Positions 30,301 to 38,972 of a stretch of DNA of 44,816 nucleotides are shown in pieces. The position numbers and the translations under genes were made by a program. A model generated the notes under the pieces. It saw only the letters and a program-made list of their open reading frames with translations, searched no databases and was not told the origin of the DNA. This stretch comes from Porphyromonadaceae bacterium (GTDB lineage Bacteria > Bacteroidota > Bacteroidia > Bacteroidales > CAMTPD01), in the NCBI GenBank assembly GCA_003447595.1, contig DLYT01000148.1, positions 40,028 to 84,843 on the forward strand, written 5' to 3'. Each line of letters starts with the position of its first letter. Position 1 is the first letter of the stretch.

Positions 30301-30453
30301 ATGATCATCAGCAACAGTTCGCTGTGGTCGCCAATGGGTATCGTGATCTGTTCAGGTACGATTCTTTCCATGGTGATGGCAGTAACGATTTTGCCGGTCC
30401 TGTATTGGAAAATTTATGGAGACGAACCTTCAAAAACAAAGCAATCGAAATGA
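27361..30453 (+). CDS. Efflux RND transporter permease (AcrB family)
   Basis: 1030-aa ORF with the 12-TM RND architecture and conserved VDNAIIVVD and RNAIIMFE segments. Confidence 0.95.
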   Translation: MKRGRNIIESAMHYRKITLIATALLVLLGVLGIKYMPKQEFPPFTIRQGVVVAVYPGATSAQVEEQVAKPLERYLFTFNEIKKQKTYSMSQDGIVYVMVELNDNIKNKDEVWSKIKHGLNGFKAELPSGVLALIAKDDFGDTSALLISVESKDKTYRELDTYAEQLEDKLRRIESVSNLRRYGVQKEQISVYLDKDKMAVYGIDTRWLLANLFGQGLITVSGEIENADVNMPIHFESPLSTEKEIADQIIRQDPNGQVVRVKDIARIEREYDLDNSYVKNNGTKSIILSLEMREGNNIVAYGNEVDKVLASFEQQIPESVSIKRIADQPKVVEESVTSFLRDLVISIVVVILVMMILFPFRSAVVAATSIPISIFISIGIMYVCRIPLNTVTLAALIVVLGMIVDNAIIVVDAYLERLDKGMSRWHAAISSAKDYFGSIFLATLCISIIFFPLLFTMTGQFRDFLEFFPWTIFISLMVSLLVAMVIIPIFEFWLIKKGLQGGKEGKEKKFNLLDSVQSGYNRVLDFTFKYPWLTIAGGALSIGIAVVIMMNLNRRMMPIADRDQFAVEIYLPQGTSLDRTASVADSMYSILSGDERVKSVTSFIGMASPRFQTTYAPNMPSKHYAQFIVNTESIDATKQLLNEYTDMYANYFPNAYVKFKELDYQSVQSPIEVRLMGENIDDLKQAADSLMEAMREMDELVWVHTNYEEMLPAVQVKIDPIQAARLGITKMMASAEVAVHTNGLSAGTIWEGDYPLQVKLKTDHPTEQAAQLGDRYISTAVPGVMVPLRQIADVTPQWEEGQIVRRNGVRTVSVMANVKRNENENNAFKKVIEIANTQIAPQLPDGVEMEFGGTVENDKEIITPIASGLLIAICIIFIFLVVNFKKLSIAATALGSISLCSLGAVIGLWMFDVNFGLTCVLGVISLLGIIVRNAIIMFEHAEDLHRNKRYSARDAAYDAGSRRMLPIFLTSATTAVGVIPMIISNSSLWSPMGIVICSGTILSMVMAVTILPVLYWKIYGDEPSKTKQSK

Positions 30454-31745
30454 AAACGAAATATAGTTTAGTACTTGCATTGACAAGCCTGATTTTGCCC
30501 TCGGGTATTATGGCGCAAGGTTACACGCTAGAGCAATGTCGTCAAATGGCGCTTGAGAACAACCATCAGCTTCAAAACGCACAATTGGAAATCGACGCGT
30601 CACGCCAAACGCGCAAGGAAGCCTTTACTCATTATTTTCCTACCGTAAGCGCGGCCGGAATGACGGTAAATGCCAACACCTCGATGGCGCAAATGGACAT
30701 CCCTGTTCCCATACCCGGAGTAGGAAGTTTGCCCGTTGCTGCCTTGAAGAATGGAACCATCGCAGCCGTAACCGCGGTGCAACCGGTTTTTGCGGGCGGG
30801 CAAATCGTAAACAGTAACAAGCTCGCCCGAATCGGAGAAGAAGCAGATGTGTTGAAGAAAGCCATGTCGGAAGACGAGGTTATTAAAGGAACTGAAACTT
30901 ACTTCTGGCAAATTGTTTCGATGAAAGAGAAGCTAAAGACGCTAGATCTGCTTGATGAGCAACTCAAGCAGATTCACCACGAAGTAAAAACTGCCGTTGA
31001 TGCCGGCGTAGCTACTCGCAACGACTTGTTGCGCGTAGAGCTACAACAGCAGCAACTCAAAAGCAACCGCCTAAAACTAGATAATGGAATAACCGTAACT
31101 ACCCTAGCTCTTGCTCAATACATTGGAGCGAAAGACTCTGCGGTCGATATCGAATATGCTGACTTCGTTAAGCCTGCAACTCCGGCCGATTACTACGTTT
31201 CTCCTACAGAAGCAGTGTATCAGCGCAGCGAGTTTAAGCTAATGCAAAAAAGCGTTGAGGCGGGAAACCTCAAGACGCGTATCGAATTGGGGAAAAACTT
31301 ACCCAGTGTAGGAGTAGGGGCGGGGTATGCTTATCACGACTTTACCGACAAAGACAACAAATTCGGAATGGTATTTGCCAGTGTATCGGTGCCGATAACC
31401 AAATGGTGGGGCGGTTCGCATGCCGTGAAGCGACAAAAGCTTCAGGTGCGACAAGCCGAGAATAACAGAGACAATACAAAAGAGTTGCTCGAAGTGCAAA
31501 TAACCAAAACATGGAGCGAACTCAACGAAGCGTATCAGCAAATCGTATTGGCAGAATCGTCGATTGCTTCGGCCACCGAAAACATGCGCCTCAATACCGA
31601 CTACTACGAAGTAGGGTTGTCTACCCTTACGGATGTACTCGACGCGCAAACGTTGTTGCAGCAAAGTCGCAACTTGTTTACCGATGCTTGTGCCGCATAC
31701 CAGCTAAAACTTACAGAGTATCGCATCGCAACGGGCCGACTATAA
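30450..31745 (+). CDS. TolC-family outer membrane efflux protein
   Basis: The in-frame ATG at 30450, in an ATGA overlap with the pump stop, gives a signal peptide (MKTKYSLVLALTSLILPSGIMAQ). The tracked start at 30324 lies inside the pump gene. Confidence 0.9.
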   Translation: MKTKYSLVLALTSLILPSGIMAQGYTLEQCRQMALENNHQLQNAQLEIDASRQTRKEAFTHYFPTVSAAGMTVNANTSMAQMDIPVPIPGVGSLPVAALKNGTIAAVTAVQPVFAGGQIVNSNKLARIGEEADVLKKAMSEDEVIKGTETYFWQIVSMKEKLKTLDLLDEQLKQIHHEVKTAVDAGVATRNDLLRVELQQQQLKSNRLKLDNGITVTTLALAQYIGAKDSAVDIEYADFVKPATPADYYVSPTEAVYQRSEFKLMQKSVEAGNLKTRIELGKNLPSVGVGAGYAYHDFTDKDNKFGMVFASVSVPITKWWGGSHAVKRQKLQVRQAENNRDNTKELLEVQITKTWSELNEAYQQIVLAESSIASATENMRLNTDYYEVGLSTLTDVLDAQTLLQQSRNLFTDACAAYQLKLTEYRIATGRL

Positions 31746-31781
31746 ACGAAAACATTGGATTCTTATAACTATAAATTGACA

Positions 31782-31813
31782 AAGGCTGCCTTCATGTGAA
31801 TGAAGCAGCCTTT
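31782..31813. terminator. Bidirectional terminator between convergent genes
   Basis: AAGGCTGCCTTCAT (31782-31795) pairs with ATGAAGCAGCCTT (31800-31812) with one bulged C. A-rich sequence lies upstream and TTTATT lies downstream. Confidence 0.55.
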
Positions 31814-31853
31814 ATTGTATTCGCAAACACACAAATGCGAACGTTATTTCGTC

Positions 31854-32336
31854 TTACTTTTTAGTTGGTTTGGTCTTTGTGATGTTTTTGATATCGTCTA
31901 GCGTCATATTACCCAGCAGTTGTATCATCACAAATTCGTTGGGTTCTTTTACTAGCATGACGAGTTCTTGAATGAGGTTGTTCGCTTTGTTCTTCTTTAC
32001 AAAGAAGTCTACGTTGTCACCATCATCTTTTACCTGCATCAGTAATTCATAGTTCTGGTCTTTACCAAAGTGCTCCGTATCTTTCATCAATTGCTCTGTG
32101 GTAGATGCATCCGACGTATTTAATATATAGATACCGGTGAGTTTGGAGAGCATATTTGAGATATCCATGTTGTCTGACTTTACATCAAACGACGGCATCA
32201 TTTCGAGCATGGCCTGAGATACATAGACAGATGTTACACCCTTCTTTCCCGAATACTTTTTGTACAGGTCGTTTTGGGCAGAAAGAGACGAGAGTGTGCA
32301 GAGTGCTATAAGCAGGAATAGTATTTGTCGTTTCAT
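31854..32336 (-). CDS. DUF4252 domain-containing protein
   Basis: 160-aa ORF with a signal peptide and the pattern LYKKYSGKKGVTSVYVSQAML typical of DUF4252. It is the last gene of the sigma / anti-sigma operon. Confidence 0.75.
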   Translation of the reverse strand: MKRQILFLLIALCTLSSLSAQNDLYKKYSGKKGVTSVYVSQAMLEMMPSFDVKSDNMDISNMLSKLTGIYILNTSDASTTEQLMKDTEHFGKDQNYELLMQVKDDGDNVDFFVKKNKANNLIQELVMLVKEPNEFVMIQLLGNMTLDDIKNITKTKPTKK

Positions 32337-32343
32337 GATGAAG

Positions 32344-32880
32344 CTATTTTTGTTGTTTATCTATTTCAAATTGTTGATTCAATACCTTGTTGGCCCTTTC
32401 TAGTTCAGCCTTCGATTGCTGCACCTGATCCATACCGGCATTGAGTTTGGTCGAGACCAAAGCCAGAGCTTGACGGGTTTGCTCATACATCTTTTCAGCG
32501 TTTTGAGCCTCTGTTTGCATTGCAATTGTTTGCGCATCTTGGCGATGCTCTGTATAAACGACGATCGAAACAACTGCGATGAGTGCGGCAGCAATACTAG
32601 CCCAAGTGGCAACCATTGCTCGCTTGCGCGGAAGAGCAGCTTTACGCGGCATCGTTTCTTTGTCGAGGCGGTCGATCATGGAAGCGAGACGTGATTCAAG
32701 ATCATGCGGAACCTCGATCGTTTCCTTTGTATGCAGCGCAAGAAACAACGCTTTCTCTTTTTCGAGATGAGGCGGAACCGTTTCGTTGGTGAAGTAATCA
32801 AGTAATTGCTTCTCTTCGTCGAGTGTCGTATCACCGTCGTAATACTTTTGAATGAGAAGACCTATATTATTGCGGTTCAT
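32344..32880 (-). CDS. Putative anti-sigma factor (single-pass membrane protein)
   Basis: 178-aa ORF with an N-terminal YYDGDTTLDEEKQLLDYF motif, as seen in Bacteroidota proteins encoded after ECF sigma genes. It has one TM helix (WASIAAALIAVVSIVVY) and overlaps the sigma gene by 14 nt. Confidence 0.6.
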   Translation of the reverse strand: MNRNNIGLLIQKYYDGDTTLDEEKQLLDYFTNETVPPHLEKEKALFLALHTKETIEVPHDLESRLASMIDRLDKETMPRKAALPRKRAMVATWASIAAALIAVVSIVVYTEHRQDAQTIAMQTEAQNAEKMYEQTRQALALVSTKLNAGMDQVQQSKAELERANKVLNQQFEIDKQQK

Positions 32881-33382
32881 AGCAATTCAGCTTTTTAAAT
32901 TGTTCTTGTACTTTTTTTCTTGCCCTCGAAAGTAGCACTCGTATATTAACGGCACTAAGACCGGTAATGTGTTCGATTTCTTCCACACTGCACTCTTTGA
33001 TGTGTCGCAGTTGCATTACCTGTTTTTGCTGCTCGGGCAATTTGCCGATAAGCTGTTTCACATGCAGCAGATCGTCGGTAGTTTCGTACGATTCCGATAA
33101 GTCGGCCGAAGCCCGTTCGTACGTGATTCCGAGTTCGTTTCTTGCTGTCTGGAAAGAAGCACTCTTGAGTCTGTCGAGACAAAGGTTGCGAATCATCTTC
33201 ACGGCAAAGGCTTCAATGTTGGCAATTGCCTCGAGATCTTCTTTTCGTTCCCACAGTTTCAAGTAAGCTTCTTGCACCATGTCTTCGGCCTCGTCTTTAT
33301 GTTCGAGGTAATGGAATGCTATGCAGTACAATTTTCGATGAAATGGAAGCAATCGTTTCTTAAACGTATCAGCATTCATCAT
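32867..33382 (-). CDS. RNA polymerase ECF-type sigma-70 factor
   Basis: 171-aa ORF with region 2 (DEAEDMVQEAYLKLWE) and a region 4 HTH (LPEQQKQVMQLRHIKECSVEEIEHITGLSAVNIRVLLSRARKKV). Confidence 0.92.
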   Translation of the reverse strand: MMNADTFKKRLLPFHRKLYCIAFHYLEHKDEAEDMVQEAYLKLWERKEDLEAIANIEAFAVKMIRNLCLDRLKSASFQTARNELGITYERASADLSESYETTDDLLHVKQLIGKLPEQQKQVMQLRHIKECSVEEIEHITGLSAVNIRVLLSRARKKVQEQFKKLNCYEPQ

Positions 33383-33858
33383 TTCTTCTTTGATCCATAT
33401 TTGTTTGTATAATCCATGTATTTTTGCGGATCGATCTTTCCGGTAATTCGAACTAACAACGCCTCTTTGCCGGTTTGAAGAACTATCAGCTCTTTTATGA
33501 TCTTATCTTTTCGTTTTGCCAAGATACGTGTATGTTCGTCTTCTTCATTTACGTCTAGCAAAACTTCGTATCGTTTGTCGGATAGTAAGCTCGCGTCTCG
33601 GGTAAACTGATCTTTGATAGATTCAGAGCAAGACTCCAGATCCAGAACACGCACGCTATTGATTGACTTTACGATATCAGCATCTTTGTTGTTGTCGGAG
33701 ATAAAAAGACAAGCAAGTTTCATCAGCGGATAGCCGATGCTTACATTATCTGCGTTATGCGAGTGTTTGTACTTTACAAACATACCTTCTACGTCTATCG
33801 CTTTCACTTGTGTCAAGCAAACGATGAGTAAAGTCAGGAGCAAACTTATCTTTTTCAT
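33379..33858 (-). CDS. DUF4252 domain-containing protein
   Basis: 159-aa ORF with a signal peptide. Its size and C-terminal pattern (ELIVLQTGKEALLVRITGKID) parallel 31854..32336. An ATGA overlap joins it to the sigma gene. Confidence 0.7.
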   Translation of the reverse strand: MKKISLLLTLLIVCLTQVKAIDVEGMFVKYKHSHNADNVSIGYPLMKLACLFISDNNKDADIVKSINSVRVLDLESCSESIKDQFTRDASLLSDKRYEVLLDVNEEDEHTRILAKRKDKIIKELIVLQTGKEALLVRITGKIDPQKYMDYTNKYGSKKK

Positions 33859-34282
33859 GTCTTTAATGTATTAGTATATTTCAGTTGGTCTATCTGCGTC
33901 GCGCCGAAGATGTACTTCTGTAGGTAAGACGAGCATGCTTTATTTTTGTTACACTTACGATGAGGAAAAAAACAAAATAGTGCATGTATTGCTTCGTGCG
34001 ACCTTTTATTTCATTGTGAATAAACAATAAAAGCAGAACAATATCAAACGAAAAACTTTTCTATAAGTAACAGATCTATATTTATAGTGTTGAAATGCAT
34101 CAATTTAAAACGTGTAGTATGTATTTCGTTTAAATGTAATATGAATTTAAACTCAACGCGCTAAATTGCTTCTGTTATTTGCAAATCGAATATTCTTTAA
34201 ATGGTATAATATATAAATTAAGCACAGTCGGGTCGAGAGATTCGACTTTGTTGCTTTTATAGGTCTCCTTTTTATTCAAATC

Positions 34283-35110
34283 CAGGGTGGAGTAAACTGT
34301 TTTTCCTTTTCGCTATATGCGTAGGACTGTGCTTGTACTTACTGTATAATCTAGTCGGAGTGGCAATTGCCGTTCATTTCTTGAGAGTCTTGCGAGTTTG
34401 TGTTTAAAACACCTTTTTTGAGCTAGATGACTCATTTTGTTGTCCAATAAAAATATTACATATTGCTGCGATACGCTCCAAGAGTATAACGCTACGGCAA
34501 ACTTGCTACCGAAGACTTTTTTTCTGACTGCCAAAATGATCGCAATTGGCGCGTACTGCAAATAAAGTGTAATAGCTCAACGCTCGCTCAGTGGCATGAG
34601 CCGATGGTATACCATACATTGGCACAGTGGACGCAGTGTCGTCGAAACTACGCCGCGAGAAACACGTGAATACGCAAAACGTTTTCCTCGAAGAGTGTTT
34701 TCATTCTTCACGGTAAGTGAATTTACTCTTCGTGGAAAACAAAAACACTCTTCGTGGTGACTGAAAAAGATCTTCGCATTAACGCAATTGAGTCTTCACG
34801 AATACTAAAGAAGGTGTTTTCAAGAACCTAAAGAGCTTTTTTTGAGAAGTAAATGACCTTTTTGGCAAAACCAAACGAGCTTTTTCTGTAAAGTATGCAT
34901 GCTTTTTACCTGTTTGATGTGTTTTTACGATGCAAACTGCTCTATATACGTGTTTCTTTGCTTTGGGGTGGGTGTGAAAACCTTGTTTTCTGAACTCGAA
35001 AAATCAATCGAATTCTACAATCTAGAGCGCAAAATAGCTCCAAAAACCTCAAATCTTTCTAGTCTGAAGTGCTTTGGGATAAAGTAAAAACAGGGCTTAG
35101 TGTAAAACGT
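34283..35110 (-). repeat. Long non-coding repeat element, copy B (inverted paralogue of 6965..7815), made of degenerate ~22-bp units
   Basis: It shares the collinear reverse-complement anchors listed for copy A. It contains CTTC cores at exactly 22-bp spacing (34706, 34728, 34750, 34772, 34794) followed by T-tracts at 34817, 34837, 34859, 34881, 34903 and 34922. The boundaries are approximate. Confidence 0.6.
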
Positions 35111-35294
35111 TGAAATAAACTCGGTAAATGATAGCTGTTGAGGCGGATAGCTATAGCCGGTTGAAGTGATTACATTTTTATAACAGTGAGATTATAGCTC
35201 TTTTGCGGAAAATATATTTATTTTGTACTGTCGATTGAGGCACGACGATCGTTGCAAGACGAGCAAACGTGTTGGAATCGAAGTTTATTTGAAA

Positions 35295-35392
35295 ACGTTA
35301 TTTAGGGGTGCTTTTGTTTCCTTTTCGAGGAGCAGAGGCTGAGATTATACCCTTTGAACCTGCGCGGGTAATGCCGCGAACGGAAAAATATG
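35295..35392 (+). promoter_or_regulatory. TPP (thiamine pyrophosphate) riboswitch
   Basis: The conserved THI-box core is present: AGGGGTGC...GGCTGAGA...ACCCTTTGAACCTG..CGGGTAATGCCGCGAACGGAA. A possible P1 helix forms between TATTT (about 35297) and AAATA (about 35386). Thiamine transport genes lie downstream. Confidence 0.9.
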
Positions 35393-35505
35393 TAAGCAGA
35401 AGTGCGCCTATCTATCATTTCAAATAGCAAACCTGTAGGAAAGAAGCTTTTGTCCGTAATGGCAAAGACTCGATCCATCACTAGTTTAAACGCAATTTTG
35501 AAACA

Positions 35506-37707
35506 ATGAAAAGCAAAACTTCTTTGGCTTTGGGATTTATATTCTCAGTAGCATTGCAAACACTAAACGCGCAGAACGCACTACCCGATTCTCTTCAGAA
35601 CATGCGCAACATCAAGCTTGATGAGGTTGTAGTAACCGCTATCACAGCTTCGAAAGAAACCCCTGTTGCTTATACAAACGTATCGAAAGAGGAAGTTGGC
35701 AAACGCAACTTCGGAAAAGATATTCCTCACCTTTTGTCACAAACTCCGTCTGTTATTGTTACCTCCGATGCCGGAACCGGAATTGGTTATACCGGATTCA
35801 GAGTGCGTGGTACGGATGCAAACCGCATCAACATTACCGTAAATGGTGTTCCTGTAAACGACTCCGAGTCGCATACCGTGTTTTGGGTAAATATGCCCGA
35901 CTTTGCCTCGTCTGTCGAAAACGTGCAGATACAGCGTGGCGCGGGCACGTCGACCAATGGCGCTGCTGCCTTCGGTGCAACCGTTTCGATGCAGACACTG
36001 GGCTTGCAGTCGAAGCCGTACGCAGAGGTTTCTTCATCAGCCGGATCTTACAACACCTTTAAGAATACATTTATGGGTGGTACGGGGTTGATCAACAATC
36101 ACTTTGTTTTCGACGCTCGCTATACGAAGATCAGCAGCGATGGTTTCATAGACCGCGCTTCGGCTAATATGGATTCGTATTATGCTTCTGCGGCGTATTA
36201 CGGACAAACAACCAAGTTGAAGTTTCAGACTTTTGGTAGTAAGGAAAAGACATACCAGGCTTGGACGGGGATTCCTTCCTATATGCTCGATGAGAATCGT
36301 ACCTACAATCCATGTGGCGAATACGTGGAAAATGGCGAGACAAAGTATTACGACAATCAAACGGACAACTATAATCAGCAACATTACCACTTGATGCTTA
36401 CGCAATTGTTGGGCAATGGCTGGGACTTGAATGCGACGCTGCACTATACGCGCGGTAAAGGTTACTACGAAGACTACAAGGCCGACGCGAAGTTTAGTTC
36501 GTACAAGTTGCCTTCGTTTGTCAATGAAGAGGGGCAAGAGGTGAAGCGTTCTGATTTGGTGCGCCGCAAGTGGCTTGACAATCATTTCTACGGAGTGGTT
36601 GCAAACACTACCTATACGGCCGATAGATTACAACTGACAATGGGGGCTGCTGCCAGCCGTTACAATGGCGATCACTTCGGTAAAGTAATTTGGGCAAAGA
36701 ATGTGCAAAACTTGCCGGTAGACCATGAGTATTACAGAAGCAAGGGTGACAAAACCGACTACAATGCTTTTGCGAAGGCAAACATTCATTTGCTAGATGG
36801 CCTTAACGGGTACGTGGATCTTCAATACCGTGGTATTCACTACACGATCAAGGGTGAAGATGATAAGGCGGGCATGCTCGACATTACCAAAAACTACAAC
36901 TTCTTTAATCCGAAGGTGGGATTAAACTATACGATCAACGAGAAGCACAGTACATATGCTTCGTTTGCGGTGGCAAACAGAGAGCCTAACCGCAACAACT
37001 TTACGGAGGCTGCGGCAAATGAGCGACCTACGCATGAGACGCTTTACGACTACGAAGCGGGGTATAAGTTTGCGTCGCCGATTTTCCAAGCGGGCGTAAA
37101 CATGTATTTCATGGACTATACCAACCAGTTGATCCTTACAGGAAAGATCAGCGAGATTGGGGAGGCGCTTACTTCTAATATCAAAGATAGCTACCGCATG
37201 GGTATCGAGTTGAGCGCGGCAGTGCAGCCGTTGAGCTGGTTACACTGGTCGGGTAACGCTACCTTTAGTCGCAATCGCATCAAGAACTTTACCGAGTTTG
37301 TGGACGATTGGGATACGGGCGAGCAACGCGAACAACACTTGGGCGACGTAAACATTGCGTTTTCGCCGGATGTTATCGCTAACAGTAACTTTACATTTAT
37401 ATACAGAAACTTCGATGCTTCTTTCATGTCTACGTATGTTGGCAAGCAATATATCGACAACACTTCGAGCAATGATCGCAAAATAAATCCTTACTTTGTA
37501 AATAATTTACAGCTGGGATATACGTTTAAGCCGTCGTTTATGAAAGAGATGAGAGTGGATTTTGCCGTAAACAATATCTTCAACGCGAAATACGAAACCA
37601 ATGCGTGGGTGTATTCATACTACGAAGGTGGCGAACGCAAGAAAGACGATGGCTACTTTACCCAAGCGGGAACTAACGTGATGGGGCGCGTGGTATTGCG
37701 TTTCTGA
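35506..37707 (+). CDS. TonB-dependent receptor (thiamine-associated, OMthi-like by context)
   Basis: 733-aa ORF with a signal peptide, a plug domain (DEVVVTA TonB-box-like, RVRGTDANRINITVNGVP) and a C-terminal beta-barrel ending in ...VLRF. It lies directly behind the TPP riboswitch. Confidence 0.9.
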   Translation: MKSKTSLALGFIFSVALQTLNAQNALPDSLQNMRNIKLDEVVVTAITASKETPVAYTNVSKEEVGKRNFGKDIPHLLSQTPSVIVTSDAGTGIGYTGFRVRGTDANRINITVNGVPVNDSESHTVFWVNMPDFASSVENVQIQRGAGTSTNGAAAFGATVSMQTLGLQSKPYAEVSSSAGSYNTFKNTFMGGTGLINNHFVFDARYTKISSDGFIDRASANMDSYYASAAYYGQTTKLKFQTFGSKEKTYQAWTGIPSYMLDENRTYNPCGEYVENGETKYYDNQTDNYNQQHYHLMLTQLLGNGWDLNATLHYTRGKGYYEDYKADAKFSSYKLPSFVNEEGQEVKRSDLVRRKWLDNHFYGVVANTTYTADRLQLTMGAAASRYNGDHFGKVIWAKNVQNLPVDHEYYRSKGDKTDYNAFAKANIHLLDGLNGYVDLQYRGIHYTIKGEDDKAGMLDITKNYNFFNPKVGLNYTINEKHSTYASFAVANREPNRNNFTEAAANERPTHETLYDYEAGYKFASPIFQAGVNMYFMDYTNQLILTGKISEIGEALTSNIKDSYRMGIELSAAVQPLSWLHWSGNATFSRNRIKNFTEFVDDWDTGEQREQHLGDVNIAFSPDVIANSNFTFIYRNFDASFMSTYVGKQYIDNTSSNDRKINPYFVNNLQLGYTFKPSFMKEMRVDFAVNNIFNAKYETNAWVYSYYEGGERKKDDGYFTQAGTNVMGRVVLRF

Positions 37708-37721
37708 TAACAAGAAATCAT

Positions 37722-38324
37722 ATGGATCAAATACTTGAGTATTTTGGTGTACTAACAGGGTTGCTTTATCTCTTTTTGGAGATAAAGCAACACCGTTTTA
37801 TGTGGGTCGTGGGGTTTGTAACCTCGTTGATCTATGTCTTTGTGTTTTATAACTCGAAGTTCTATGCCGATATGGGATTGAACATATACTATGTTTTGAT
37901 TAGCATCTACGGCTTTATTGCTTGGTATCGTGAAAACAAACGTGCGGAGGCTTCGAATAAAACGAACGAGGGCGAACCGTTGTTGTTTCAGCACTTGCGT
38001 GCGCGTGTGTTGCTGGGAGTTACGGGTGCTTTCGTGGCTATCTACGCAATCTTGGCTTACGGACTCGATCACTTTACCGACTCGCCGATGCCGTATGGTG
38101 ATGCGCTTACTACGTCGCTGGGCATTGTGGCTACGTGGATGCTTGCACGACGCATTATCGAGCATTGGTTGTTTTGGATCGGTATCAACGCTATTTGCGT
38201 GTACTTGTACATAAAGCGCGGATTGCATCCAACGGCTTTTCTTTATTTTTGCTACATGGTATTGGCCGTGGTGGGATACTTCAACTGGAAGAAGAAAGGG
38301 ACTTATAAAGATCTTGACGCATGA
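37722..38324 (+). CDS. pnuT: PnuC-family transporter (thiamine-type PnuT by context)
   Basis: 200-aa ORF that is multi-TM with a PnuC-like pattern (YADMGLNIYYV, W...N). It sits between the riboswitch-controlled receptor and the thiamine diphosphokinase gene. Confidence 0.8.
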   Translation: MDQILEYFGVLTGLLYLFLEIKQHRFMWVVGFVTSLIYVFVFYNSKFYADMGLNIYYVLISIYGFIAWYRENKRAEASNKTNEGEPLLFQHLRARVLLGVTGAFVAIYAILAYGLDHFTDSPMPYGDALTTSLGIVATWMLARRIIEHWLFWIGINAICVYLYIKRGLHPTAFLYFCYMVLAVVGYFNWKKKGTYKDLDA

Positions 38325-38968
38325 TGCATGAAATGGATATAAAGGAGATAAGGTGTGCCGTGGTGGCGAATGGTGCTTTTCCCGAAAACAAAGCGGTGGT
38401 AAAGCGACTGGCCGAGGCGCAGTTTATTATTGCTTGCGACGGCGCGGCGATGAAGTTATTGGCACACGGTATTATGCCCGATGCGATTGTGGGCGATCTC
38501 GATAGTGTAGATGAGGAGTTGCGCGTGTCGTTTGTGGGAGAGGTGTATTGCAATCCCGATCAGGAGATTAATGATTTGACCAAAGCGTTGCTTTTTGCGC
38601 AGGAGAAAGGTTACCGCGAGGTTGCCGTGTTTGGCGCGACGGGACTGCGCGAGGATCATACGTTGGGTAATATTTCATTGCTCGGCGAACATAGTCAGCG
38701 CTTTGCTTGCTTGCAAATGGAAACGGATTACGGTGTTTTTAATGCCATCAAGAGGAATACTTCTTTTTCGTCTTTCCCCGGCCAACAAGTGTCGATCTTT
38801 TCCCTCAATACCGAGGTTGCGATCACGGTAAGCGGACTTCGCTATCCGATTGTCGACAGGCGCCTTACTTCGTGGTGGCAAGGTACCCTCAACGAAGCAA
38901 CGGATACCCGCTTTTCAATTCAGGTATCCGGTTCAGATGCTTTGGTGATTGTATTTCGTAACTATTGA
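38321..38968 (+). CDS. Thiamine diphosphokinase
   Basis: 215-aa ORF with VVANGAFP, IACDGAA and VGDLDS motifs and a C-terminal thiamine-binding beta domain. An ATGA overlap joins it to pnuT. Confidence 0.85.
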   Translation: MMHEMDIKEIRCAVVANGAFPENKAVVKRLAEAQFIIACDGAAMKLLAHGIMPDAIVGDLDSVDEELRVSFVGEVYCNPDQEINDLTKALLFAQEKGYREVAVFGATGLREDHTLGNISLLGEHSQRFACLQMETDYGVFNAIKRNTSFSSFPGQQVSIFSLNTEVAITVSGLRYPIVDRRLTSWWQGTLNEATDTRFSIQVSGSDALVIVFRNY

Positions 38969-38972
38969 AGTT

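Noticed and set aside
7816-34282. The ~26.5-kb segment bracketed by the two inverted repeat-element copies might be a composite transposon, genomic island or invertible segment.
   Set aside because: The content is core housekeeping (hisGDCB, murB, two-component systems, RND efflux). No integrase, transposase, recombinase or tRNA target is visible. The two copies are far too diverged for efficient homologous recombination. The bracket is probably coincidental to two insertions or retentions of the same element.
36037-36585. Long antisense or out-of-frame ORFs lie inside well-supported genes: 36037..36585, 37752..38228, 8793..9242, 29463..29903, 25900..26310, 7903..8280, 31299..31664 and similar.
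   Set aside because: Each lies wholly within or opposite a CDS with strong family motifs. Their products are low-complexity or Arg/His-rich, which is typical of shadow frames, and they contain no recognisable domains.
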